A stretch of DNA of 64,000 nucleotides. It comes from the human T2T-CHM13v2.0 reference genome, Homo sapiens. Numbering within the stretch: the stretch's first letter is position 1; the number at the start of each line of letters is the position of its first letter. A model generated the notes under the pieces. It was not told the origin of the DNA. It saw only the letters and a program-made list of their open reading frames with translations, and did not search any database. Location: assembly GCF_009914755.1 (NCBI RefSeq), contig NC_060929.1; one strand, 5' to 3'. The position numbers were made by a program, and so were the translations under genes. Positions 16,151 to 30,183 of this stretch are shown piece after piece.

Positions 16151-17199
16151 ATGTACTTTCAAATATGTCAAAATTTTTTTTCTTTTTCTTTTTTTACTAT
16201 TTAAAATTATAGTCATTATTTTTTACAAATCTCTGTGTTATGCATTTCGTCTTTGAATCATTTCTAATACTGAAGGCATACATTGCATAATGACTTTTAG
16301 ATAGCTCTAATTAGTTTTACGCAATATTTGTAAATGTGAGTCCGTGAAAGTGCATTATTACAATGTTGACTTTGTGTGTGAGCATTGCGTTTGTATGTAA
16401 AAATCTTAATACTTCTTTAATAAATGATGAAATGTCCTTTTTGTACAGCTGCATCTGTGAACGATAAAATTTATCAAGATCTTGACTTTTGGGGCAGTTG
16501 ATGAGGCGGTGATGTGGTGGTGATTCTGTGGATTTTGATCAATATTGTCAAAAAACTTAGGTTGTCCCTCATGGTATTTCAGATAACTGCAATTTTAGCT
16601 GGGTGCAGACAGTTTCCAACCACAGTGATACACATTTATACATTTCACATTCGACCTATCTCTTTATAAATAAAGTTTGTCTTCTCATAGCCATTATACC
16701 TGCATGACTGTCATTAATATACCTGAATGTTTATGCTTGGAAAAATATGTATGTTACTATTGCCTATTATATCATGTAAAGTGGCCTATGAAGTGTTCTA
16801 TTGTAGTTGTATATGTTTCTCAAATAAACCTCCATTTTAAAATGTAAATAAATATTTTTTAAATAATTTTTACTTTTTTTCAGAAGTATATTTTTGAATG
16901 CTCATTGACACAAACACAATTCTTCCACGCAAAGTCAACATTGTACTAATGCACTTTCACGGAATGACATTTACCAAAAAATGCATGAAACCAATAGAAA
17001 TATCTAAAATCTTTTAAACAATTTATACCTCCAGCGTTAGAAATAATTTAAAGACTAAACACATTTTTTGGTCTTCGAGAATTTCAACATCCGGGATCAT
17101 AGTGCTTGGATATACAGATTAGTTGTATTTTTTTAAAAATGATGATAGGATCCCAGAAAATATCACCTTCAATTTCTAGGATGGGGAAGGCACAGGCTG

Positions 17200-17617
17200 A
17201 TGTATCACTCCTATTTACTCTATAATCCCCTAAGTTTGACATGAACACATTAGGGTTTACTTTCCTCCAACTGTAAGTCCGAGAGTGCAGGTCAGCTGCT
17301 TCAGAACCTGAAGTTTTCTGAGGTTCCCATCCAGCATGTGGCTTCCGACTCAGGGTCACAGGAAGGCCACTGGTGCACATTCCAGACAAGTGAAAGGGAA
17401 AGGGAGAAGCGTGTTCTTCCCATGAACTTTGGAAGCTCTATTCTGGCATGACTGCCTAATTGTCCAAAGCACACCTCAGGATCTCCTAGGCTCACACCAG
17501 AGGATGGCTGCATATTTTTAGCTTGGAACATGTTATTCACCCCATAAAGAGGACAGACATGTGTTAATAAGAAAAAAAGAAATGAACATTGGTAGGCAAC
17601 ATGCAGGGACTGCTACA
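17200..17617 (-). mobile_element. Old MaLR LTR, MLT1J-like
   Basis: Reverse complement begins tgtagcagtccctgcatgttgcctaccaatg, resembling the MLT1J 5' end. The left boundary is approximate. Confidence 0.55.
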
Positions 17618-19149
17618 ATAGGCTTACTTTCCTCACCAAGCAGAGAAAAATGGAACTCCTGCTGTAGCAACACTGTATACTGCCCTTGACCCTATCTTAA
17701 AAATATGAATGCTGTACTATTCTTTGTGCCTATGTCAGATAACTTGGCAAATCTTCAAGCTTTATACTTAATCCATTGTAACCATGTAAGAAATGATATT
17801 TATGTTTTTATAGATAAACCACACATGTAACATTTCCAAACAGCCATATATTTCATTTTATTGTTGCTGTTGTTACTGTTGTTTATTGACAATTTGTCTA
17901 CCTAAATTATTAAGTTTCTTCTTTTGTATATCTTTCCCGTGAGCACGGTTTGGGTTTGTGATTCCGGAGGTAGGGGGTGTGGGGGAAATGCATCACTCTG
18001 CAGTTCCATATTCTGCCTCCTCAACCCTTACACACAAATCTTAGCAAAGAGGGTAGTATGAATAAAAAGGAAAAGGTCAAATGCCAAGAGATTATTCATG
18101 TCTGATTCATGTGGTTTGCAGAATTGTAAAAATTGCTTAATTCATTAGAATATAGAAACCATTTCAATAAGTTTCTATGTGATTGCAGCACGTAGGACAC
18201 TGATAAAATATTTGATGACTTAAGATATGAAACATTTATGAAGGTTCATAGTTATACAGATCAATTCATATTGACTCTCCTGAAATCATATTACCTAGAT
18301 CAAATTGAGGAGTACATTTTATAGTCATGCAGTTACTGTCAAAAATGATAATTGCCAAAATGGATAATGCAGGTAAAAATGGCCTCCATTTCATGCCTCA
18401 GTTATCAGTGTTCACTGATCCTTACAATTTTCCTATAAGACGACAAAATAGAAAATAATTCAGTCTAGCCATTTGACAATAAGTATAAGAATGCTAGTTT
18501 TTTCTAAGTTTGCCATAAATACAAAATTTCTTTGATATTTTGGCCACTATTCTTTACTTTTCCTACAAAGAGAACAGAGAGTAAAGCTTACTGTATTCAT
18601 TTAATGGTTCTTTTCTTTTTCTAAAACTTGTAATCATAACCAGTAACACATGCTGAGACCAAGATATCAATAGAAAATAAGAGAAATATCTGTCCTGATT
18701 CACGTGTGTGTGTATGTGTGTCTCTGTGTGTGTATGTGAAATATGAATGGGGAAATGTGTAGTGACTATGTTATATCTGTCTAGCTCTGTTTTATCTTCC
18801 ATGAAGGCCCTGTGGTCACAACTAGTTGTTTTATATTGATGAAAATCACCAAAGTGAGATGCAATAAACAGAAAGTGAGCAAGTGTATTTTATATCTAAA
18901 AAAAAAAGTACAGATCCATATTTCCAATTCATGACTTCAAAATCAGCTATGCGGACCACTGCAAGAACAGTTTTTTGATAGGTGGAACCTTTGTGTCAGT
19001 GTATTTGCACATGTTTTGTTGTTATTGTTTCACTTTACCTGTTGATTTTCCCCCACAATGGGAATGGCCCATGTATACCGAAAAGATGACTCCTCAGAGG
19101 GAACATAGACGAGAGTTGTTTGTTGAATGTAGTTGAAAAGATTCTTCCC

Positions 19150-19335
19150 TAGGCGGAAACCCAATTCAAACCAGCTTAATGTAAAATGAGGATTTAATGG
19201 CTCCCAGAGAAGAAATCTTCAGGAATGGTTTAATCAAGGTTCTCACACAAGGTCAGTGGGTACCCCTGTCTCCCCACCTCTCCCCTCCCTTGCTCCCTGG
19301 ACAGGACTCATCCTCAGCACTGCTCTCTCCATGCT
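19150..19335 (-). mobile_element. Old MaLR LTR fragment, MLT1K-like
   Basis: gaaacccaattcaaaccagcttaa...gatttaatggctc resembles the MLT1K terminal region. Confidence 0.5.
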
Positions 19336-19775
19336 TGTGATGATCAATTCTATGTGTTAAATTCACTACACAGGCCATGTGTAGTGAATTCTCATAACTT
19401 TATATTACCTTGGCATCTGTTTTGAATACAAGTTTAGTTTTCTCATACTAGAAGCAGGGTTTAGTTACCCTTGACATGGTTTCCAATTCTACACTGCAAC
19501 CAAATGGCTCAATCCAGTGGCCAGAGATAAGAATTTATCTGCCTCTGATACTGGAACTCCCATTTAGCTAGAGGCTCTCAAAACACTATGATACCCAGTT
19601 TTGGGTCAAATATCAGTTTATATATTGATTCAAAATTATTATTTAGCTGTGTTTTTAAGTTATGATTAATATTTAATTCAGTGGACTTTCAGTAGAGAAG
19701 ATTATAACCCCCTTTCTCTGTGTGTATATGTGTATTATTATACACATAATAAGTTTGCTGACTTTCTCTTCCTAG
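19336..19775 (+). mobile_element. ERVL LTR, MLT2D/MLT2C-like, interrupted by an LTR47-like element
   Basis: Starts tgtgatgatcaattctatgtgt and resumes at 19591 with atacccagttttgggtcaaa...gattaatatttaattcagtggactttcagta. Confidence 0.65.
19380..19585 (+). mobile_element. ERVL LTR, LTR47A-like, internally deleted
   Basis: TG...CA ends (tgtagtgaattctcataac...aaaaca); cagtggccagagataagaa motif; 5-bp TSD ccatg (19375-19379) / ctatg (19586-19590). Confidence 0.65.
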
Positions 19776-21029
19776 CGTCTTATTTTGGTGCTTTTCTTAT
19801 CAAGCTAAAACAAATTAGGAGTCTTAGAAAGGATAGTTGATATTCTCAAATCATGTTAAATTGTTTTACATCAGTGAACTGATTTTTTAGCCAATAATGA
19901 TACATGTAATCTTTCTTTCACATGGCAGTTAGATCACTCCTATATTCTATTCCACAAATGCTAAAGAGATGACATCCTACAAGAAGCACTTTCTCTCCCA
20001 CTGAGCTCACTGGAAAGCCCCTGTCACTCTTTTTTATCCCACTGTGAGTATGAATTCAGCTTTCCCAGTATGTCCTCTCGTACAGTCATTTTAAAATACA
20101 ACCAATTTATTCTCTCTTTAAAACATCCATTTAGAAATCCTGATAACTCCTGGGACTCACTACCATGTTTCATGTTGACGAGAAAATCACCTGTTTATAT
20201 GAATAGTCCATACACAAATAGCCAATATTATTCTACAGAAGGTAATTTAGTACCATAAATTAGAAACGAATTGATTTACACATCTGGAAATAGATGTTGA
20301 GGTCTTTTATTCATTGACTAATTTTCCAAAATTATTTCCCTCATGTCCCAGAACTTTAAATTTGATAAAATAAGATTCCCACCCCTCTTTTCACAACTGT
20401 ATTTAAGAGAAAAAGAAACACAACCTGAAATTTCCCTTAATCATCTGAAATGTATTGCTAGCTCACATGACATCCCTTTATGGCCAGACGTTCTGCCTCC
20501 TGAACAGACTTCTGTCCACTCGCATTTAGCATGTCTCAAGTCCAAAAAAAAACAGCTAATTGACAGGCCACATTGTAAAAATCTGCTTTTAACTTGCTTT
20601 GTGCCACATTGTTAAGAAGCAGTTAACTAAATTACTATTGTCAATTATCAACATTAAATTGACACTATTAAAACTGATGATTAAAATCACATTTGATGAT
20701 TTGTTTTGTTTTCTCTTGGTTTTCTTTGGGCTTTGAGGGTGTAGAAAAGATTGTGTGTTGGATTCAATAACAACCAAATTGTCCTTTGGTCTTCTTTCCC
20801 ATGGAAGTGCCTAGGTGGTGGGGGTTGGGGGTAGTGTCATGTGGGCTAGTCAGGACTCAGCTCATCCAGGTTATTTTTGAGCTGACAGGTCACATTGGTA
20901 TAGGTGAAGACAGCCTATTTGAGGGTGGAAAGGGCCATGCTTAGGGCATTGTCTGGGATGTGTGTATCAGTAGTTCACCTGCATATGATACTTGAGCAAT
21001 CTCAGAGAGTCCCAAGGGAACATCTATTG

Positions 21030-21370
21030 GTAGGACTGCCAAGAACTGTGACAATGAAGACATAATTTTGAGGGCTCCAGCAATTATCTTTGAAGAAGCA
21101 GATAAGGTCCATGACATTATGAAGGCATAGAAAAACATGTGGGGTTTTTTTCATGAAGGAAAAAGACTGGCTAAAAGGAAATCCTTCAAAAAGTCTAGGC
21201 ACAAGTAGTCAAATTAGCACATAAAATATTGAAATTAATTGCCAAATAATCAATTTGTACACACTTCCACAATCATAGTTGACTTTGCGAATAAATCCAC
21301 TGGGCTTTGTGAGGAATCTATTCTACGACCCCAGGCTAATTTTCCCCAGTGTATCGTGACAATCCTGAAC
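21030..21370 (+). mobile_element. L3/CR1 LINE RT-region fragment, highly decayed
   Basis: cagcaattatctttgaag, aatcaatttgtacacac and ggctaatttcc weakly resemble CR1 ORF2 DNA motifs. Confidence 0.4.
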
Positions 21371-21789
21371 CATCAGGGGAAGCAACAGAGAGAACCCAGC
21401 CAGTTGTGAAAGTCACTGTCTCCTCTAGTCGCTCTCTGTTGGACAGCAAGTTAGAATATTTGGCCCTTGGGATATTAGAAGAGAAACACAAATCGATTTT
21501 AAAGTTAACCAGCACTGCAAACCAATAAACTGAGAATGTAAACCAGACATAATTTCCATCAATGATGTACTAAGAAAATCAACACCAAAAAATAAAATGA
21601 ATTTAGGGAGGGGCTACCAATAATGACTGTAATAAAATCAGACAAAATAGAAAACATATACTGTATTGTATTAATATAACTCTGATGGGACATTGTTCTC
21701 TGTGGCCTTAATTACTTAGTCATTTTCTTTCATCTTAGATTTTATTCAGTAATTCATTATTTCTATTGTTATTATTGATAATATTGGAA

Positions 21790-21970
21790 GAATGCTACTA
21801 TGCTATTTCACATGTATCATCTCAGTTAATCCCAATAATGATTATATCACAACTTCTGATATTATAGAGGAAGGATCTGAGGCTTCACAGTTCATGTGAA
21901 GTGTCAGACCTACGAGGCAGGAAGGTGGAGTCAGTTATCAGAGCTGAGTCGTCTGACTCCGGAGCCAGAC
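21790..21970 (-). mobile_element. MIR SINE
   Basis: atctcagttaatccc...tatagaggaaggatctgaggct...gtctgactcc resembles the MIR core in reverse. Confidence 0.55.
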
Positions 21971-22247
21971 TCTGCACAATTCAAAGTCTCTGGCTCCCAA
22001 CTCCCATTGCTTATGACCTGGAATTTGAACACTTAGCAGTATTTTGAAACCAAGGTGTTCAATTCCACCTCTACTGGAGACTTGACTAGTATAGCTGTAG
22101 AACATCCTTCCTCTGAGTGTCTTTCTCTCATACTTCAAATCAACTTTTGTAGCAGGGGAATTTATTATCCACAGTGCCAGTCAGGTCACCTGCATTGAGT
22201 ATAAGAAGATATAAGAGTGGAAGAGGCCTGTATCCAAACAGACACAC

Positions 22248-22248
<1 letters not shown>

Positions 22249-22279
<31 letters not shown>
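22249..22279. repeat. (CA)~15 microsatellite
   Basis: Direct observation. Confidence 0.97.
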
Positions 22280-22282
<3 letters not shown>

Positions 22283-23149
22283 GCGTTCAAACTCTCTCTT
22301 ATAATACACAGTGCTAACCAAAGAACAATCAACCATCTGCAATCCAGATTATACTTGTGGACAGAGGCTTATGACCCTAGTTCTAAAGTCTCCAAGAAAA
22401 TTAGGTAGGATAAGTGCCCAGTGTTCAGTTAGTTAAGAAGATCCAGATTTTAAGACACTTTAATAAATTCTCTTAAATAAGTAGATTGCACATGGCATTC
22501 TTTTACAAAGTTGAAAAGGAAAACTTTTGGAATAAAATAAAATTGGGCTATCATATTGAGCAGTAGTTGAATAAAAATCGGATAGTATGCCTATTCTAAC
22601 AAGATGAATTTTTAATGCTGTTACTATTATTGAATTCTAAGTTTTCAGAAGTCAAGGTCTTTTGTCCTCATCTGATATGAAAGATCCACAATTGTTTCAA
22701 AAAAAAACCCAAAACTTAAAGATGCCAAAATGGAATATCTAACTTATGCAAACAACTTGCGTATTTTAATCTATTCTGTGGCATGTGTATTGAGAAAAAT
22801 TAAGAAACTGCATTTCTATAATTCATCTTTGTTTAAATTGTAAAATAGTATATTGATGAAACAAAGATGACTGGAAATTACATTTAACAAGATTGGAGAA
22901 TATTAATGTGCAATGTAGATAGAGACCTGCAGTGTAAATATAGATGTCATTGCCAGGCTGCCTTAACACTCATAATGTACCTACTATCTGATAATTACTG
23001 TTTGGAGGGGAAACATTTATAATTTTGACTTTAGCTGCCTTTTGCTGTCTATACCTTACTCTAGCAAAATACTATATTAATTGTGAATTCATGCAACTTT
23101 TTACTGGAAATGGAAAAGGAAACACAAAAAGAAGCAGAATTGTATCAGA

Positions 23150-23431
23150 AGATGTTTATGGGAAGACAGAGACACAGGGAAAATGCAACATGAAGAGGGA
23201 AGATTGGAGCGAGGCATCTACAACCCATGGGAATACCAATGACTGCCAACCAACCCCCAGAAACTAGGAAATGCAAGGGAAGGGTGCCCTGCAGTCTTTA
23301 TAGGGAGCATGGCTCTGCCGACACATTGATTTTGGACTTCCAGCCTCTAGAACTGTGAGACAGTAAATTTCTGTTGTTTTAAACCACCCCATTTGTGGCA
23401 CTTTGTTATGACAGCCCTAAGCCACTAATAC
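23150..23431 (+). mobile_element. MaLR LTR 3' half, MLT1B/MLT1C-like
   Basis: ttggacttccagcctctagaactgtgagacagtaaatttctgttgttttaa...cagccctaagccactaataca is a typical MLT1 3' end. Confidence 0.85.
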
Positions 23432-23849
23432 AGTAGAGAGCTAGAAATGGACTTAATTGGTACAAGAATCACATATTTCATTTGCTCAAGACATTGCCAG
23501 TTTACATTAATTTTCTTGGTATAATTACTAATAACATTCTTTAATTTTAGAAAGTGACCTAACTTGGATGTGCTGGAAAAGTACTAGAGGCTCATTCTAC
23601 ACCTTGCATCTAGCCAGCTTCAAAACATCTCTAATACCAAGTGTTCCTCTTCTTAAGTATGTGTGAGTGCAGCATAGGGAGAGTAAAGAGTTAAAGTGAA
23701 CAGCATCCTAGTATAACTTGGTAACATAAACATTTTTCTGAGATAAGAAAAGAAGTATGGACTATGAATACTTAATTGAAGTGTAGGAAAACTGGTTGCT
23801 TCAATTCTTAGCTCAGTTAATCAGTCAGTGAATAGTTGAGGTTTCAAAT

Positions 23850-24390
23850 GACCCAGGAACAGTGAATAGAAACTCAGAAAAAGGGAAGAAGACTGGATGA
23901 TTTCTGACTTTTACAGCATTTACCTGAGGGCGGGCTTTAGTCAGGGTCATGCATGACAGAGGGCTTACTGGATTGAGAAATGAGAGGACAGAGTTCAGGG
24001 TGAACATGGCAGATGGAAAGTGAGAAAGGAAACCAAGATGTGTAGAAGAAAGTCACAGTAGAGGGGAACCAAATCATGTGGATAAACTCTGCCTACATCT
24101 CTGGCTGACCTTTGAACTATCCACAGGTCGGACAAACTAAGCTAAGCTCAGCTAAGGTTAAAAGAAGAGGAATTTAGTTGCTGCCCATTTCAAGGGAGAC
24201 ATGATTGGGAATTTGAATTTAGTCAAATTAATTGGATGTCCAAAAAAAAAAAAAAACACTTTGAGAGGATTATATCAGAATTCATGGTTTTACGGTATCT
24301 CACTCTTAACGTTTAGGATATATTCAAAATTACAAGACATACAAAGCAACAAGAAATGTGAACTCATACTCATGAGAAAAAGCAATCAGG
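23850..24390 (+). mobile_element. Ancient L1M (L1ME-type) 5'-region fragment
   Basis: ttcaaaattacaagacatacaaagcaacaagaaatgtgaactcatactcatgagaaaaagcaatca resembles L1ME sequence upstream of or at the start of ORF1. Confidence 0.5.
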
Positions 24391-25049
24391 GGAGTCCTCA
24401 TTTCCTGCAGATTTCTGAAAAGAAAGTGGAAATAAATGAACACACTCAGCTGGAACTATGGGACTCTGGCACAGAACAGCAACAGCGAGGCAGCCCTCTG
24501 CCTCAGGGCACCTACACTTCTACTTTTTGTTTCCACAGGCCCACCATTCAAAGGTCCTGACTTCACACCCTCATCAGTCAATATATTATGTTTTATCATT
24601 AGAGTGGAGGACAAGGAGAACCTAGGTAAGAAAGAGTGTGAAAGAGGAGAGATAGCAGTTTTGCTTTCCTAGTTAGGTTAGTTAGTTTTAATTTTCTCAG
24701 GCTTAATGGCATATGACATTTAAGGGACTGCTGGGGAACAGTCTCTGAGCTATGGTGAATCTGCTGCTCACTTATGAGACTTTTGAAGGACTGAACAGAG
24801 AAGGTAATATGTGTTTGTCAAAGATTTTGCATTGACTCCATTTACCTCTATGCCTGATTCTCTAGTTGTTTCCTTTTATTGGCTTCTTAAGAACTGAAAG
24901 AGCCCAGGAGATCATTTAATTTACCCCCATCTTTGAATAATTTGTCTCAGAAAGTTTAATATACATACAAGGTTAAACAACTGGTTAGTGTTAACCCTAC
25001 ACCATGTCTTGATCTCAATACTGTTCTTTGCACTGTTGCATCCTTTAAC

Positions 25050-25166
25050 CAATTAATTAATTAATTAATTAAATGCAATTTTTATCACATGCCTACTAGG
25101 TGTCAAGAATTGTCCTGCAGGATGGAGGCACATTAGTGAACATGACAGACAAGGTTCTTGTCCTCA
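25050..25166 (-). mobile_element. L2 3' end with an (AATT)n tail
   Basis: gcctactaggtgtcaag...gtgaacatgacagacaaggttcttgtcctc is the reverse L2 terminus. Confidence 0.65.
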
Positions 25167-25716
25167 ATTCACACATCTCATGCTATCTTGGAAGCTGTAT
25201 GTTGCCTGACTTGGAGTTCTAATCAACTGATATATACAACTTATTATAATTTTCACTTCCAATAAAGAAATTCCATTTGTTGATTTTCCTAACACGTTAT
25301 CCTCCTATTCCTGTTTGTTTATAAGAAGTTAAATAAAAACTATACATTTCAAAAGACAAAATAAAATCTACCTACTCTTGGCTATAACTAGGCCGGCTTC
25401 TAGATATTAGCTCTCTTAATTTATTATGCCATTTATTCATGTGATGATTGACCTACTGAAGCCAAGTTGAAATGATACATGTTACATTCCATGAAATGTT
25501 TTCTATTCCAGTCATTCAGACATCTTTTAGTTGCCATCTACCTGCTGCTTTGTGAATTGCTGAGATCAAAGAAAACTGCTGAACAGAGTTAGACATTGCA
25601 TTTTTCTTATTTTATTTGGTATAATTTATTATAATCTAGTAGATATTCACTTTCAAATAACTAAAGATATACTTTTTGTGTATTGACATGAGATTCTTGT
25701 TTCTTTTCACGATTGT

Positions 25717-26076
25717 TGATGTGGTTTGGCTGTATCCCCACCCAAATCTCATCTTGAATTGTAATCCAAATTGTAATCCTCATGTGTCAGGGGAGGGACC
25801 CGCTGGGAGGCGATTGGATCATGGGGGCAGTTTCCCCTATGTTTTTCTCGTGATAGTGAGTTCTCACGAGATCTGATGATTTTATAAGTGGCGATTTCCC
25901 ATCTCTCTTTTCTCCTGCCTCCTTGTGAAGAAGGTGCCTGCTTCCCCTTCTGTCATGATTGTAAGTTTCCTGAAGCCTCCCCAGCCATGTGGAACTTGGA
26001 GTCAATTAAATCTCTTTCCTATATAAATTACCCAGACTCAGGTATTTCTTTATAGCAGTGTGAAATCAGACTAATA
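25717..26076 (+). mobile_element. MaLR solo LTR, THE1D-like
   Basis: tgatgtggtttggctgtatccccacccaaatctcatcttgaattgtaatcc...gtatttctttatagcagtgtgaaatcagactaata; flanks attgt / tttgt. Confidence 0.9.
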
Positions 26077-27179
26077 TTTGTCTTCTGTTTTTTAAAATGT
26101 ATTATGACATTAGATCTTCACTCATTATACTGTAATTATTAAAGTTGAATCCAGCAAAATAGTAAGCAGAGTGCAGGTGCTGAAGCCATGTGGTTTGAAC
26201 TGGTGAAAGGAAGGAAAGAAAAACAATGTTATGTGGTTATCCAGTTGATCTAAAGTGAGTATGTGAACAGGAGTTGTGTGTGTGGGGGTGGATATTATTA
26301 TGTATATATCATGAAAATATAAAATATTACATAATTTTATAATAATCTTGTGGATCACCATTTACAATACACTAAGATATGGTTAGTTCTTACTCATATA
26401 TGGCAAAGAAGCCCATAGCTAAATCTGCAAGGTAGTGCTATTCAATATTCAAGATCCAAAACCTAAAAAATGGATTGGCCAACACTTTAGGCACTTTAAT
26501 CATAGCACTCTCTAGTTTATTTAACTTCAAGTTCTTTAATCTGTGTATGTTTTCATACAACAGGATCAAGAAATTTACTTGAAGATTTAACCAACTGCTA
26601 AGGATATATTTTAGGTTCCCTTCAAAAACCAATCTTTTTCCTGCTCCTACATCCCAAAAGTGTGTCTTTATTTCTGATAAGACTTGACCTCTCGTCAAAA
26701 GGATAGTGTATACTGAAACAACTCTGCCCTCTATTCAAAGGTAAAGAACAGATAAACACACATACACTCAAAAGTAAGGTAAATTAGCTGTGGGTATATC
26801 TATAGAGTAGGGTCAAAGCACACAGGAATCAAACCAAGATGTGGAGGCTCAAATTTAATTTGCCTCACAGAATCAGCAACTGAACACAACCTACTGACTG
26901 CAGGAGAAAATAAACCAGCTCTCAATAAAAAGTGGCTCCTGAGTCTCAGTTCTTTTCTGAAGAGCAGAAGCTGAACATTCTCTGCCCTGTGCTTGAGGGT
27001 TTCAGTTAGAAACAATTTGCATACTTGTAACAGTACAAAGGAAATAATCAGAGACCCCTGCACAACAGGAACTGGATATAGCCTGAATGTTTGCTCCAAA
27101 CCGAGAAGAGAGATACCATGGAAAGAAACCCTGAGCTGCTGATGCAAGACCTGCTCTGCTTCTGAGAAGTGATCCATCA

Positions 27180-28760
<1,581 letters not shown>

Positions 28761-29321
28761 TTATGAATGATGTTATTTGTATTTTCACCATGTTAGAAGA
28801 TAATTCAAACCCTAATATATGTAAATAATGAGAGACACAATTCTTACTTTCAAATTCTGCTTTTCATCTTTTTCCACTGTAGGGGGCAGGTTGACGACAG
28901 TAGTAAGTGATAAGCAGTTTGAGAAAGGACCCTATTAAACAGAAACTCTAAATGTGCTTCTGTGTGGCATATTTATTACTATGCATGTATATTGCTTGTA
29001 AATAGGGTTTTTTCATTTTATAAATTCCATATTAATGTCACACGACAGTTTTTCTATAGCTCTATTATTTTCTTTGGAATCATTATGAAGGATATTGGAA
29101 TAACAAAACAAACAAACACAAAATAAATACAGAGAATCTTTATACATCTCAGGCGTTTGTGGGTATATGGTTCATTATACAGAATTTTTAGTGCAGGTAG
29201 ATTTTCAAAATAGGGGTATACTTCTTACTGTCTTCCATTTTTTACACCCTCCTCCCTTGTCCCCTAGGTTTTGGGCTGGCTACTATTTCTTGCTTAGTAA
29301 CTGAGGCATATTTCATGTTCC

Positions 29322-29810
29322 GAAGATGACCACACCAATATCTCCCATCCTGCATGTCCTTTGTACAATGTAACCAGCACTCCTTCCTGGAGAGGTGTGT
29401 AGGGTCTCATGGATAGTATAAACAACAGTGTGCCAAAATGGTATTTTGTGGCTTGCAAGACTAAGTCATAGTCTTTCATGTCTCTCTAGTCTTCATATTC
29501 TCTCTGTCATTTGACCACTATGCTTGCCCTTGGACTCCACCTACCACATTGTGAGAAAGTCCAAACTAGCCCATAAGAAAAGACCACAAGGAGAGATCCA
29601 CTGTCAATGGAATTGGAGTCTCCTGCTGAAAGCTAGCACCAACCAGCCGAAATGAGGTTGAGTGAATCTTCAGATAACTTTAGCCTTTCAAGCTTCCCTA
29701 TGATGTGCCCTGTTTGAATTCCAGACCCACAGAATGTGTGATTATGATAAATGTTCTCTTTACACCACTGAGTTTTAGAGTATCTCATATGCAGCTTTAA
29801 TAACCATTCA
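29322..29810 (+). mobile_element. MaLR LTR, MLT1G-like
   Basis: aagatgaccacaccaatatctcccatcc at the 5' end; gaattccagacccacagaat...caccactgagttttagag at the 3' end. Confidence 0.75.
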
Positions 29811-30127
29811 TTGTTTGTACCTGTATAATTTACCTAGAATTATTTTGGCCTCTGGAGAGGAGGACAAGAATATGATTTATTACCTTTTTCTCAATATTTT
29901 CTTTTCATTAGGGAATAATGCAAGTAGAGATTCACCGTCCCTGGCCCACTGACATTTTCCTTTGGTGTCTTTTGTAAATATGTATTTGCTACTTCACATT
30001 ATGTAAATAAATCATAGGCATTTTTTTTCCTATCCAGGGTTCCTCAGGATAATTTTTCAGTAAGATTTATTATATGCACTAAGTGCAGGTGAACTGGGGG
30101 AAATGTTTCTTTTCACACCTGTTTCTA

Positions 30128-30183
30128 TTTTGCCATTACGTTTAAATGGCAAAAGTAGCAATTACTTTCGCACCAACCTAATA
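30128..30183. mobile_element. MADE1 (Hsmar1-derived MITE), outer part of the left TIR missing
   Basis: ttttgccattacgtttaaatggcaaaagtagcaattactttcgcaccaacctaa followed by TA. Confidence 0.88.

Noticed and set aside
25051-25072. (AATT)n self-complementary run
   Set aside because: It is a simple repeat at an L2 tail.
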